Shown here piece by piece: positions 1 to 10,059 of a stretch of DNA of 64,000 nt (positions are counted from its first letter, which is position 1; every line of letters begins with the position of its first letter). Location: contig OY761556.1 of NCBI GenBank assembly GCA_963664705.1, forward strand, positions 2,020,795 through 2,084,794. The letters run 5' to 3'. The stretch comes from Acidobacteriota bacterium (GTDB lineage: Bacteria; Acidobacteriota; UBA6911). The notes beneath the pieces were generated by a model. It was not told the origin of the DNA. It was given only the letters and a program-made list of their open reading frames with translations, and made no database searches. The position numbers and the translations under genes were made by a program.

Positions 1-32
1 CGGTCTCAACAGGGATAGAAGGGAAGCATGCT

Positions 33-635
33 ATGGTAAGCGATGCCTACAGATTTGTGATTCCAGCGCTGGCGCTGGGCATCGTATTTTTCTGGTTCCA
101 CATTTTTTCTGTGGCCGTGATCTTTATTCTGCTGGCCGCGTTTGTATGCTTCTTTTTCCGTAATCCTAACCGGAATATTCCGGAAGGGAAGAATTTGGTT
201 GTTTCCCCGGCGGATGGAAAAATCGTAAAGATCTCCCAGGGTCCCGGCTCAAATCAGACAATCTGCATTTTTCTAAATATCTTCAACGTTCACGTCAACC
301 GATCTCCCATCGCCGGAGAACTGGTAAAATTCGAGTACAAGCGCGGAAAATTCAAGGTTGCCTATGACGAGGAAGCCTCGCGCGTGAACGAACAAAATGT
401 CCTCACGATCGCCGGTTCAGGCATCACGGTAACAGTGCAACAGGTTGCCGGGTTGATTGCCCGCCGGGTTATTTGCTGGAAAAAGCCGGGAAATGCGCTG
501 GCCCGAGGTGAGCTGTTTGGACTGATACGATTCGGATCGCGCGTGGATGTTGTGGTCCCGGGAAATGTTACAATCAAAGTGAAAGTTGGCGAACACGTCC
601 AGGGCGGCAGTTCCGTCCTAGGAGAATATGCATGA
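33..635 (+). CDS. psd: phosphatidylserine decarboxylase family protein (short membrane-anchored type)
   Basis: 200-aa ORF with a hydrophobic N-terminus, then a ...GLIRFGSRVDV... G-S self-cleavage-type motif of pyruvoyl PSDs. It has a 4-nt ATGA overlap with downstream pssA. Confidence 0.8.
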   Translation: MVSDAYRFVIPALALGIVFFWFHIFSVAVIFILLAAFVCFFFRNPNRNIPEGKNLVVSPADGKIVKISQGPGSNQTICIFLNIFNVHVNRSPIAGELVKFEYKRGKFKVAYDEEASRVNEQNVLTIAGSGITVTVQQVAGLIARRVICWKKPGNALARGELFGLIRFGSRVDVVVPGNVTIKVKVGEHVQGGSSVLGEYA

Positions 636-1426
636 GCCAGTCTCCTGAAGAACCATTGAAAGCCCCTGCGGCGCAAAACAGTCCTCGCAGACGCCTGGGG
701 CGGTCTGTATATCTTCTGCCCAGTCTTTTTACGGTCGGAAATATCTTTTGCGGCTTCTACGCCATTCTCTCCACTATGTATGGCGCCTATGGCCACGCGG
801 CTTATGCCATAGGCCTGGCGATCGTGCTGGATTCACTTGATGGAATGATCGCACGGTTGACCAATTCGACGAGCGGTTTCGGACTGCAACTCGATTCACT
901 GGCCGATGTCATCTCTTTCGGCATTGCCCCCTCCGTTCTTGCCCTCTGCTGGGGCTTGACGGCTGTAGATCAGCGACTGGCATGGATTGCTTCCTTCACC
1001 TTTACCATCTGCGGAGCCATGCGACTGGCGCGATTTAATATTCAGGCCGAAAATTTGAAGCATTTTGTCGGATTGCCCATCCCCGCGGGAGGAGGTACGG
1101 TTGCCGCTCTGGTCCACTTCTTCGGCGATCCGGTCAAAAGCCGCCTGGGATCCAATCTGATGCTCGCCGGAGTGTTTCTGCTTGCGCTGCTGATGATCAG
1201 CACCATTCGCTATTACAGCCTCAAACATCTCCCGCTTGGCAGGAAGTCTCACCAGACCATTCTGCTGATCGCCCTGTTCGTGGCATTGCTCTTCTTCCTC
1301 TCAAAACCGACACTGCTGGTCCTGGCCATCGTCTATGTGCTTTCGGGCCCGCTGGCCCGATTGAGCGGGGGACATCGCAACAAACCGGGAGGGGAATTGA
1401 CTCTGGCCAATACTCCGCAGCAGTGA
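632..1426 (+). CDS. pssA: CDP-diacylglycerol--serine O-phosphatidyltransferase
   Basis: CDP-alcohol phosphatidyltransferase signature (DSLDGMIARL...GLQLDSLADV) in a polytopic membrane protein. It is translationally coupled to psd. Confidence 0.85.
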   Translation: MSQSPEEPLKAPAAQNSPRRRLGRSVYLLPSLFTVGNIFCGFYAILSTMYGAYGHAAYAIGLAIVLDSLDGMIARLTNSTSGFGLQLDSLADVISFGIAPSVLALCWGLTAVDQRLAWIASFTFTICGAMRLARFNIQAENLKHFVGLPIPAGGGTVAALVHFFGDPVKSRLGSNLMLAGVFLLALLMISTIRYYSLKHLPLGRKSHQTILLIALFVALLFFLSKPTLLVLAIVYVLSGPLARLSGGHRNKPGGELTLANTPQQ

Positions 1427-1570
1427 TCTGATTAATGCCTTTTGCCAGATTCGTAAGGGCCAAAAGTCCTGGCCCCGAATTTGGCAAATTCCGGAATTAG
1501 GCATCCATTCCTCTTTGGGCTGCGGCAGATTTCCAGACCGGACACTGTCCATCCGCGCTACAATGGATGG

Positions 1571-2317
1571 ATGCCAGTACATGAAGCCGAGGCCGTTGTC
1601 CTGAGGCAGTATTCCCTTTCCGATTCGGATCGTATTGTCGTTTTTGCGACCCGGGAATATGGCAAGGTGCGCGGCGTGGCCCAGGGAGTCAAAAAGCCGA
1701 AAAATCGTATGGCCGGCACCCTGGAGCCATTGAATCATATTCGCGTCGAGTTTTATTCAAAGGAGGGACGCGAACTCAGCCAGGTTCGCCAGGCCGAGTT
1801 GATTCACCCCTACCTGGGGAAAAATCCATCGCTCCTGAGTGTTTATGTGTATAGCTATTTTGCAGAGATCGCCAACGAGATCGTGCAGGATGGTCAGCCC
1901 AATCATCCGTTCTTTCGGCTTTTGCTGGCCTGCCTGCAGGCGGGAGATGCGCAGGGACCCAACCAGGCGCTGGTACGATACTATGAAGTCTGGAGCCTTA
2001 AACTTAGCGGCCTTCTTCCCAATTATGCCTATTGCTCGAATTGCGGCAAATGTGTTAAAGATGAAGGGTTTTTTGCCTGGATTGAATCCGGGCAAGTGCG
2101 TTGTTATTCATGTGCCGCGGGGCGGGGATTGGGAATTGGCGCAGCATCGGCCGCATCCCTTGAAGCGATGATGAAATACGGCCCCGAACAGTTTATGGCA
2201 CGGCCCCTGCCGCGGGATTCCGCCGCGGAACTCGAGCGCCTGTCGCAGAGACTCCTGGGGCTTCAATTGGAGAGGGAACTCAAATCCTACCGCATGTTGC
2301 GAGAGATTCTTTCATAA
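1571..2317 (+). CDS. recO: DNA repair protein RecO
   Basis: RecO-like N-terminus [37 protein letters not shown] and a C-terminal Cys4 zinc motif (CSNCGKC...CYSC). I moved the start to internal ATG 1571; the ORF track begins at 1481. Confidence 0.85.
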   Translation: MPVHEAEAVVLRQYSLSDSDRIVVFATREYGKVRGVAQGVKKPKNRMAGTLEPLNHIRVEFYSKEGRELSQVRQAELIHPYLGKNPSLLSVYVYSYFAEIANEIVQDGQPNHPFFRLLLACLQAGDAQGPNQALVRYYEVWSLKLSGLLPNYAYCSNCGKCVKDEGFFAWIESGQVRCYSCAAGRGLGIGAASAASLEAMMKYGPEQFMARPLPRDSAAELERLSQRLLGLQLERELKSYRMLREILS

Positions 2318-2330
2318 CCAGAAGATTCCA

Positions 2331-3221
2331 ATGCCACCAAAAAATATTCAGCAGATTATCATGACACTCGAGCAGTTCTGGGACCGACAGGGCTGCATCT
2401 TACAGCAACCATACGACAATGAGGTCGGCGCGGGCACAATGGCTCCGGAGACCTTTCTTCGCGTTTTGGGTCCGGAACCCTACCGTGTCGCCTACGTCAT
2501 GCCGTCGCGACGGCCGACGGACGGACGCTACGGAGACAATCCGAACCGTGTTCAAAAGCATCATCAATACCAGGTCATCATGAAGCCTTCACCCAAAAAT
2601 ATTCAGGATTTGTATCTTCAAAGCCTGATGGCGTTGGGAATCAATCTGAAGGAGCACGACCTGCGTTTTGAAGAGGACAACTGGGAATCCCCAACGCTCG
2701 GCGCCTGGGGAATCGGCTGGCAGGTCCTCCTGGATGGGCTTGAAATCACGCAGTTCACCTACTTTCAACAGGCAGGCGGACAGGATCTTGACCCGATCAG
2801 TGCCGAAATCACCTATGGACTGGAACGCATCGGAACCTTTATTGCGCAGGTAGACAGTATTTATGACCTGCAGTGGTCCAACAGCGTAACCTATCGAGAC
2901 ATCCGGCACAGGGAAGAAGTCGAATTCTCAAAATACAACTTCGAAGCAGCGAACGTCGACATGCTGTTTAAGCTGTTCTCCCTGTACGAGGAAGAAAGCA
3001 AGCGGCTTCTTGAAATGGACCTTGTCCTTCCGGCATATGATTATTGCCTGAAGTGCTCCCATACTTTCAATCTGCTCGATGCCCGGGGTGCGATTAGCGT
3101 AACCGAAAGAGTAGGGATCATCGCGCGCGTGCGGCAACTGGCTTGCGAGGTTGCGCGCCGTTATCTGGAGAGTCGCGAGAAGCAGGGATTCCCGCTGCTC
3201 GCATCACGTACAGCATCTTAG
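2331..3221 (+). CDS. glyQ: glycine--tRNA ligase alpha subunit
   Basis: Highly conserved GlyQ sequence ([31 protein letters not shown]...), 296 aa, directly upstream of glyS. Confidence 0.95.
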   Translation: MPPKNIQQIIMTLEQFWDRQGCILQQPYDNEVGAGTMAPETFLRVLGPEPYRVAYVMPSRRPTDGRYGDNPNRVQKHHQYQVIMKPSPKNIQDLYLQSLMALGINLKEHDLRFEEDNWESPTLGAWGIGWQVLLDGLEITQFTYFQQAGGQDLDPISAEITYGLERIGTFIAQVDSIYDLQWSNSVTYRDIRHREEVEFSKYNFEAANVDMLFKLFSLYEEESKRLLEMDLVLPAYDYCLKCSHTFNLLDARGAISVTERVGIIARVRQLACEVARRYLESREKQGFPLLASRTAS

Positions 3222-3242
3222 GTGGAGCCATCCTAATCGATT

Positions 3243-5321
3243 ATGGAAAAATCAGAGCTCGTTATTGAGTTGGGCGTGGAGGAAATCCCGGCCTCGATGA
3301 TCGAGGACGCCTCGCGTCAGTTTACGGATTTGATTCTGGAGTCGCTAAAAGCGCAGCGGCTTGCCTGCGGAGAGGTGACTCGGTGGTATACTCCGCGGCG
3401 CGTCATCCTGGGAATTCAGGATGTTCCCGTGCGCCAGGAAGATCTCGTGGAAGAGATTACAGGGCCACCCAAGAGCGTCGCCTATGACAATGCCGGCAAT
3501 CCCACGAAAGCCGCGATGGCTTTTGCACAAAAAAACAGCGTCCCCCTTTCGAAACTGAAAATCGTTCAGACACCCAAAGGCGAATACATTTCCATCCAGC
3601 GGAAAGTCCGCGGAGAGAAGACGGCAAAACTGCTGGAACGTCTGATCCCGGCCGCAATCGGAAAAATTCAGTTTCCCAAGACCATGCATTGGAGCCCGGA
3701 TCACTTCCGCTTTGCGCGCCCATTGCGCTGGATCGTAGCCTTGTTTGCCGGCAAAACCGTCCGGTTTACCATTGCCGATGTCGCTGCATCGAACTATACC
3801 TCCGGACACCGTTTTCTTGGAAAGCCCAGAATTGCGGTTACCTCGCTCTCCACATTGAAAGAAAATTTGCGCGCAAATTCTGTCATGGTCGATCCGGTGG
3901 AACGACTGGCCAAAATTCAGGAAGGACTGCTGCGGGAGGCAGAGGCCTGCGGCGGCACATTGCTGGCAGATCCCGATCTGCTGAGCACCGTTGTGAATTT
4001 GAATGAAGCGCCGTCCATCGTTCGCGGCAATTTCGAAGAGCGCTTCCTGGCACTGCCCAAGGAAATCCTCATCACGGTCATGCGGGAACATCAGAAATAT
4101 TTCTGTGTTCTTAATGCGGAGGGACAGCTTCTTCCCGTTTTTCTTGCCGTGGTCAATATCGAATCCGACCGGGACCGGATCATCCAAACAGGTCACGAAC
4201 GCGTCCTGCGTGCAAGGCTCGCGGATGCCGCTTTCTTCTGGGATACCGACCGCAAGACCCGGTTGGCCGACCGCGAAGAGGCACTGAAACATGTACTGTT
4301 CCAACTGAAGTTGGGATCTTATTTTGACAAAACGCAGCGCGTACTTTCATTACTCCCGAAGGTAGCGAACGCCCTGGGCAAGCCTGATCTGATTCCCGAT
4401 CTGGAGACGGCCTCGCATTTCTTCAAATGCGATCTCATCACGGAAATGGTGAAGGAATTCACCGACTTGCAGGGCGTAGTCGGTGGACTGTATGCACGCG
4501 CGGAAGGCTATCCGGAATCGGTCTGGCGTGCCGTATACGAACAGTACGAACCCAAATCCACCAATTCACCCTCTCCCGGTTCCATCACCGGCGCTATTCT
4601 CGCGCTTGTGGATCGCCTGGATACCGTATGTGGCTGCTTCAGCATCGGCCTGATTCCTTCCGGATCGGGAGATCCGTTCGCAGTTCGTCGACAGGGCAAC
4701 GGCATTCTCAAAATTGTTTTCGATCATCGTTTGAGCATTTCTCTCCAAGATATGATTCAATGGAGTCTCCATGCTCATGGAAAAGACGTTTCTCAGGTAA
4801 TCGACAGCCTGAAGGAATTTTTCGAGGGTCGACTACGCTTCCTGTTTGAAGAAATGGGCTATGCCTATGACTGCGTCAATGCAGCATTGGCCGCCGGTTT
4901 TGATGATCCATTGGATGTATTGGAACGGCTGCGCGCACTTCAGGAACTCAGGCAGGAAGCTGACTTCCTGTCGCTGGCATCCAATTTTAAGCGCATCGTA
5001 AACATACTGTCTCAGGCAGGAAATGAAACGGGCACTCTGGATGAGTCCAAGCTTCAGGATCCGGCGGAGATGGCTTTGTGGAAGAGCTACCTCCAGGTTC
5101 AGCCGGAAGTGGAGGCGGCCAGAAGAAATCATGACTATGGCGCGGCTCTGCGATCGCTTGCATCCATGCGCCAAGTCGTGGATGAATTCTTTAAGCAAGT
5201 CATGGTGATGGCCGAGGATCCGGCGCTTCGCCAAAACCGGATATCGCTTCTGTTTAGGGTTTCACAGATTTTCAGGAGTATCGCGGATATTTCCAGGATT
5301 GTCATCGAACGAGGCGCCTGA
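3243..5321 (+). CDS. glyS: glycine--tRNA ligase beta subunit
   Basis: 692-aa ORF with a GlyS N-terminus (LVIELGVEEIPASM...) and the canonical glyQS gene order. Confidence 0.95.
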   Translation: MEKSELVIELGVEEIPASMIEDASRQFTDLILESLKAQRLACGEVTRWYTPRRVILGIQDVPVRQEDLVEEITGPPKSVAYDNAGNPTKAAMAFAQKNSVPLSKLKIVQTPKGEYISIQRKVRGEKTAKLLERLIPAAIGKIQFPKTMHWSPDHFRFARPLRWIVALFAGKTVRFTIADVAASNYTSGHRFLGKPRIAVTSLSTLKENLRANSVMVDPVERLAKIQEGLLREAEACGGTLLADPDLLSTVVNLNEAPSIVRGNFEERFLALPKEILITVMREHQKYFCVLNAEGQLLPVFLAVVNIESDRDRIIQTGHERVLRARLADAAFFWDTDRKTRLADREEALKHVLFQLKLGSYFDKTQRVLSLLPKVANALGKPDLIPDLETASHFFKCDLITEMVKEFTDLQGVVGGLYARAEGYPESVWRAVYEQYEPKSTNSPSPGSITGAILALVDRLDTVCGCFSIGLIPSGSGDPFAVRRQGNGILKIVFDHRLSISLQDMIQWSLHAHGKDVSQVIDSLKEFFEGRLRFLFEEMGYAYDCVNAALAAGFDDPLDVLERLRALQELRQEADFLSLASNFKRIVNILSQAGNETGTLDESKLQDPAEMALWKSYLQVQPEVEAARRNHDYGAALRSLASMRQVVDEFFKQVMVMAEDPALRQNRISLLFRVSQIFRSIADISRIVIERGA

Positions 5322-5522
5322 TATAAAATCCGTGCTACGGAAAGAATACTCTTTGAGATTGTTTGAGCTCTTTGCCCGATTGCAAGAGCTTCAATAATTT
5401 CAAAGAGGCTTTGGTTTTGGGAGAGCCTGGATCCAATGAACCGACTTCTCCCGGAATGCAATCAAACCAGGTGGCAGACCAGGTCGTTTTTTGGCCGGCT
5501 ATCCATATTGAGGAATTAAAAA

Positions 5523-6839
5523 ATGATCGCCAAAGGAAAAGAAATTGCGCCCGCAACAGGCAAATTGGGCGTAGTACTTCCCGGAATGGGCGCAATCAGC
5601 TCTACATTCATAGCGGGAGTGGAGGCAGTTAAAAAGGGAATCGCCAAGCCGATCGGCTCGTTGACACAAATGGGAACTATCCGTTTGGGGAAGCGCACGG
5701 AAGGGCGCATTCCCAAGATTAAGGATTTCGTTCCGCTGGCATCTCTCGACGACCTGGTATTCGGCGGTTGGGACATTTTCTCTGATAACATCTACCAGGC
5801 CGGATTACACGCCGGTGTGCTGGAACGCAGCCTTTTGGATCAGGTGCGGCCCGAAATGGAGGCGATTAGCCCGTGGACCGCTGCTTTCGACAAAAACTAT
5901 GTCCGGAAGCTCGATGGCACCCATGTAAAAAAGGGCGCCAATAAAATGGAATTAGCGGAACAGCTGCAGGATGATATCAAGGCGTTCAAAAAGAAGAACA
6001 ACCTCAGCCGCATGGTCATGGTCTGGTGCGCCAGCACTGAAGTCTTCCTAAAGCCTTCTGCCGTACACCAAACCGTGGAGAGCTTCGAAGAAGGTTTGCG
6101 GAAGAATGATCCGGATATCGCCCCAAGCATGCTTTATGCCTACGCCGCCATCAAATCCGGAATCGCTTATGCCAACGGCGCGCCCAACCTTTCGGCCGAT
6201 ATTCCGGCGCTGAATCGCCTCGCGAAAGATCACAACATTCCGATTTGCGGAAAGGACTTTAAGACCGGACAGACTTTGATGAAAACCATCCTGGCCCCCG
6301 GATTGAAGTCGAGACTCATCGGACTGAGCGGCTGGTTCTCCACCAACATCCTCGGCAACCGTGACGGTGAAGTGCTGGACGATCCGGATGCTTTCAAGAC
6401 CAAAGAGGAAAGCAAGCTGTCGGTCCTGGAACACATCCTTCAACCGGATCTCTATCCGGACCTTTATTCGAATTATACTCACAAGGTGAGGATCAATTAC
6501 TATCCTCCGCGCGGCGACAACAAAGAAGGCTGGGATAACATCGACATCTTTGGCTGGCTCGGATACCCAATGCAGATCAAGGTCGATTTCCTCTGCCGCG
6601 ATTCCATCCTGGCAGCCCCAATCGTTCTGGATCTCGTGATGTTCCTCGATCTGGCGCAGCGCTGCGGCATGAGCGGCATCCAGGAGTGGCTCTCCTTCTA
6701 CTTCAAGAGCCCGATGTGCGCTCCAGAGCTTTATCCTGAACACGACCTGTTCATTCAGCTGATGAAGCTTAAAAATACGCTTCGCTACCTGCAAGGCGAA
6801 GATCTGATCACGCACCTCGGCCTGGAGTATTACGACTAG
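5523..6839 (+). CDS. ino1: inositol-3-phosphate synthase (myo-inositol-1-phosphate synthase)
   Basis: 438 aa with an N-terminal Rossmann region (GKLGVVLPGMGAISSTFIAGVEAVKKG). Overall it resembles bacterial/archaeal MIPS as I recall the family. Confidence 0.8.
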   Translation: MIAKGKEIAPATGKLGVVLPGMGAISSTFIAGVEAVKKGIAKPIGSLTQMGTIRLGKRTEGRIPKIKDFVPLASLDDLVFGGWDIFSDNIYQAGLHAGVLERSLLDQVRPEMEAISPWTAAFDKNYVRKLDGTHVKKGANKMELAEQLQDDIKAFKKKNNLSRMVMVWCASTEVFLKPSAVHQTVESFEEGLRKNDPDIAPSMLYAYAAIKSGIAYANGAPNLSADIPALNRLAKDHNIPICGKDFKTGQTLMKTILAPGLKSRLIGLSGWFSTNILGNRDGEVLDDPDAFKTKEESKLSVLEHILQPDLYPDLYSNYTHKVRINYYPPRGDNKEGWDNIDIFGWLGYPMQIKVDFLCRDSILAAPIVLDLVMFLDLAQRCGMSGIQEWLSFYFKSPMCAPELYPEHDLFIQLMKLKNTLRYLQGEDLITHLGLEYYD

Positions 6840-6851
6840 GAATCTGGCTTT

Positions 6852-6910
6852 AAACAAAAAAGGCGATTGAAAAGGTTTCAAAGCCTATTCAATCGCCTTT
6901 TTTGTTTTTG
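6852..6910. terminator. bidirectional intrinsic terminator
   Basis: Perfect 12-bp stem AAGGCGATTGAA (6860-6871) / TTCAATCGCCTT (6888-6899). An A-run lies upstream and a T-run downstream. It sits between convergent ino1 and ppdK. Confidence 0.65.
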
Positions 6911-6926
6911 AACGTCGATCGCTCCA

Positions 6927-6955
6927 GGCTCGAAGGCCACCTGAGCCTTCGAGCC
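6927..6955 (-). terminator. stem-loop just downstream of the ppdK stop
   Basis: 11-bp stem GGCTCGAAGGC / GCCTTCGAGCC with a 7-nt loop and no adjacent U-run. It may act together with the 6852-6910 terminator. Confidence 0.35.
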
Positions 6956-6969
6956 CGAAGAAAATCCAT

Positions 6970-9744
6970 TTATGCCGTGTGGCTGATGGTCTGCTGTGAA
7001 CCCAATGCCGCCTGAGCCGCAGCAAGACGAGCAATGGGTACGCGATAAGGCGAGCAGGAGACGTAATTCAGTCCTACGCGGTCGCAGAACTGCACCGAAG
7101 AAGGCTCGCCGCCATGCTCTCCGCAGATACCGACCTTGAGTTCCGGTCGTGTTTTTCGGCCTTTATCCGTGCCCATCTGAACCAGCTGGCCCACACCTGT
7201 CTGATCCAGAACCTGGAAGGGATCATCCTTGAAGATGCGGTTTTCGATGTAGAACGGCAGGAACTTACCGGAGTCGTCGCGAGAGATGCCGAATGTCGTT
7301 TGAGTAAGATCGTTGGTCCCGAATGAGAAGAATTCGGCCACCTCGGCGATCTTGTCCGCCGTCAGGGCAGCGCGCGGCAGCTCAATCATGGTTCCGACAA
7401 GATATTCGATAGATATCTTCGATTTTTCGCATACCTCCGAGGCCACCCGGCGGACGACATCGCCCTGCAGCTTCAACTCGCTGACATCCGCGACCAGCGG
7501 AATCATGACTTCCGGATAAACCTTGACCCCTTTCTTCTGCATGTTCGCGGCGGCTTCAAAAATGGCGCGCGCCTGCATCTCCGTTATCTCCGGGAAGACA
7601 ACCCCAAGGCGGCAACCTCTGTGGCCGAGCATCGGGTTCGCTTCATGCAGCGACTGCACTCTGTCCCACAGAGTTTTGGCATTGGCTTTCAGTTTGCGGG
7701 CAAGCTTGCGAGTGTCCTCTTCGCTATGCGGCAGGAATTCGTGCAACGGCGGATCCAGGGTACGGATGGTAACCGGGAATCCGTCCATGGCTTTGAAGAT
7801 GCCTTCGAAATCCTTCCGCTGCAGGCGAAGAAGTTCGTTAAGCCCACCCTTGTACAGTCTCTTGGGTTCTTCGATTTCCTTCTTAAGCTTCTTTTTCAAA
7901 TCCTGAAGCTCTTTGCGCTTCTTGGGGGATACGCCACGCGCAAGATCCGCCTCGACGGCATTCAGATCGCGCTCCAGCCGCTTGAAATCGAGAGAGCCGA
8001 GAATCATCTGGCGAACAAAATCAATCCGGTCTCCTGCAAAAAACATGTGCTCAGTCCGGCAGAGTCCGATTCCCTGGGCACCGAAACCTCTTGCAATCGC
8101 GGCATCCATGGGGGTATCCGCGTTTGTCCGCACCTTCATTCTGCGGGCTTTGTCGGCCCATTCCATCAGCTGCTTGAAATCGTTCCCCAGTTCGGGATCG
8201 ATAAGGGGGGCCTGTCCAAGAATAATTTGGCCGCTGGTTCCATCTACGGTGATCCAGTCACCCCGGCTGATCTTCACTCCATTGACCGTGAATTCATTCT
8301 TGGCATAGTTGATCGCCACATCCCCGGCGCCCACGACGCAAGGTTTGCCCCAGCCGCGGGCAACGACCGCTGCATGACTGGTGGGACCACCCGTGGAAGT
8401 GAGAATGGCTTGTGCGGCATCCATACCACGCACATCTTCCGGAGACGTTTCACGCCGTACAAGAATGACCTTCTCGCCCTTTTCCTTCAAGAGTTCCGCT
8501 TCTTTCGGGGTAAAGACCACTTTTCCTGAGGCAGCACCCGGACTGGCGTTAATGCCCTTGGTCAACACCTTCAGTTTGGCTTTAGGATCCACCATCTTAT
8601 GCAGCAACTGGTCCAGGTCGCCGGCCGGCACGCGCATGATGGCCGTCTTCTCGTCAATTAACCCTTCCTTCACCATTTCCACGGCGATGCGCACGCCTGC
8701 GGGTCCGGTTCGCTTTCCATTTCGAGTCTGCAGCATCCAGAGTTTTCCGCGTTCCACTGTGAACTCGAGGTCCTGCATATCCCGATAGTGTTTTTCGAGC
8801 TTATCCGCCAGTTGAACAAACTGATCGTAGATCGCGGGCATGTCTACCTTGAGCTCATCGATGTGCTTGGGTGTGCGGATACCGGCAACCACATCTTCTC
8901 CCTGAGCGTTCGACAGATAATCCCCAAACAGCCTTCTCTCACCAGTCGCCGGGTTTCTCGTAAAAGCGACGCCGGTTCCGGAATCTTCGCCCATATTTCC
9001 GAATACCATTGTCACCACGTTGACGGCCGTGCCCAAGTCATCAGGAATTCTCTCTCTGCGGCGATATGCCTTGGCTCGATCTCCGTTCCAGGAACGGAAT
9101 ACGGCCTTGATTGCCTCTTCAAGCTGCTGGTACGGGTCAGCCGGGAAGTCTGATCCGGTTTCGGCTCGAATAATTTTTTTGAATTCCCTGCAGACATCGG
9201 CAAGATCACCGGCTTTCAGATCCGTGTCCATCTTGGCTTTTACCGAGTGTTTGATCTTTTCCAACGCCTGTTCAAACAACTCGCCGTCGACGCCCAGAAC
9301 AATCTTGCCGAACATCTGGATGAAGCGTCGGTAGGCATCAAGAGCAAACCTTTCGTTCGATGTAAGGCTTGCCAGCCCCTGCATCGTCTCATCATTCAAT
9401 CCCAGATTAAGAACCGTATCCATCATGCCTGGCATGGAGAACTTCGCCCCGGACCGTACGGAAACGAGCAGCGGATTTGTAATGCTGCCGAATTCTTTGC
9501 CTGTTGAGGATTCAACCTTCTTCAGCGCAGATAAAACCTGGTTCCACATCCCTTCGGGAAACTGGGCTCCGCTGGAATAATAGGCGTTGCAGGCCTGAGT
9601 AGTGATCGTGAATCCAGGTGGGACCGGCAATCCTGCATTCGTCATCTCGGCAAGGCCGGCGCCTTTTCCACCGAGAAGATCTTTCATTTCACCGTTTCCG
9701 TCTGCTTCACCATCTGCAAATAGGTATACATATTTGATGGACAT
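6970..9744 (-). CDS. ppdK: pyruvate, phosphate dikinase
   Basis: 924 aa with a PPDK-typical N-terminus (YVYLFADGEADGNGEMKDLLGGKGAGLAEM), the phosphohistidine region (TSTGGPTSHAAVVARGWG) and a C-terminal PEP-utilising domain. Confidence 0.95.
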   Translation of the reverse strand: MSIKYVYLFADGEADGNGEMKDLLGGKGAGLAEMTNAGLPVPPGFTITTQACNAYYSSGAQFPEGMWNQVLSALKKVESSTGKEFGSITNPLLVSVRSGAKFSMPGMMDTVLNLGLNDETMQGLASLTSNERFALDAYRRFIQMFGKIVLGVDGELFEQALEKIKHSVKAKMDTDLKAGDLADVCREFKKIIRAETGSDFPADPYQQLEEAIKAVFRSWNGDRAKAYRRRERIPDDLGTAVNVVTMVFGNMGEDSGTGVAFTRNPATGERRLFGDYLSNAQGEDVVAGIRTPKHIDELKVDMPAIYDQFVQLADKLEKHYRDMQDLEFTVERGKLWMLQTRNGKRTGPAGVRIAVEMVKEGLIDEKTAIMRVPAGDLDQLLHKMVDPKAKLKVLTKGINASPGAASGKVVFTPKEAELLKEKGEKVILVRRETSPEDVRGMDAAQAILTSTGGPTSHAAVVARGWGKPCVVGAGDVAINYAKNEFTVNGVKISRGDWITVDGTSGQIILGQAPLIDPELGNDFKQLMEWADKARRMKVRTNADTPMDAAIARGFGAQGIGLCRTEHMFFAGDRIDFVRQMILGSLDFKRLERDLNAVEADLARGVSPKKRKELQDLKKKLKKEIEEPKRLYKGGLNELLRLQRKDFEGIFKAMDGFPVTIRTLDPPLHEFLPHSEEDTRKLARKLKANAKTLWDRVQSLHEANPMLGHRGCRLGVVFPEITEMQARAIFEAAANMQKKGVKVYPEVMIPLVADVSELKLQGDVVRRVASEVCEKSKISIEYLVGTMIELPRAALTADKIAEVAEFFSFGTNDLTQTTFGISRDDSGKFLPFYIENRIFKDDPFQVLDQTGVGQLVQMGTDKGRKTRPELKVGICGEHGGEPSSVQFCDRVGLNYVSCSPYRVPIARLAAAQAALGSQQTISHTA

Positions 9745-9801
9745 TGATGTTCTCCCGGGATAATCGTCGGATGTACTTCTGATTTACTGACACGCGCTTG
9801 T

Positions 9802-9830
9802 ATATTACCTCAAAATGGGATAGCGCTCAA
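9802..9830 (-). promoter_or_regulatory. candidate sigma70-type promoter of ppdK
   Basis: On the minus strand: -35 TTGAGC (9830-9825), a 17-nt spacer, then -10 TAATAT (9807-9802). This is about 55 nt upstream of the ppdK ATG. Sequence match only. Confidence 0.35.
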
Positions 9831-10059
9831 AACCTTCGTTTCTGTTAAAACGAATAAAGTAATTGCCCTTATCGGAATTGTGTTTGCTTTAGATTTGATT
9901 ATGCTGAGCTTAATTTGAGATCAGGGGATTGGTGTCGCAGGGTCGCATCCCCAACCTGGAATCGGCGAGCCGGCGAACCGGCATCGATAACCCCAGGCTG
10001 GGGTCAGCTTCTCGAATAGCCTAATTTTCATATCGGCAGGCGGCGGAAATAGATCAGGC

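Noticed and set aside
3345-4304. 319-aa ORF antisense to glyS. Similar long antisense ORFs occur at 6048..6881, 11391..12290, 15304..16005, 20271..21176, 26499..27209, 39602..40375, 44351..45019 and 51551..52303.
   Set aside because: Each lies entirely inside a confidently identified gene on the opposite strand. Their translations are low-complexity (Arg/Gly/Ala/Pro-rich) with no family resemblance, which is typical of shadow ORFs.
9880-10010. A cluster of small hairpins (GGGGAT..ATCCCC; ATCG-GCCGG-CGAA-CCGGC-CGAT; ACCCCAG-G-CTGGGGT) in the 315-nt lpxD-ppdK spacer, considered as a possible ncRNA or riboswitch.
   Set aside because: I recognise no known RNA family signature there (no tRNA T-loop, SRP, RNase P, tmRNA or 6S motifs). 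The hairpins are most simply lpxD 3'-end or ppdK upstream structures. A covariance search would be needed to decide.
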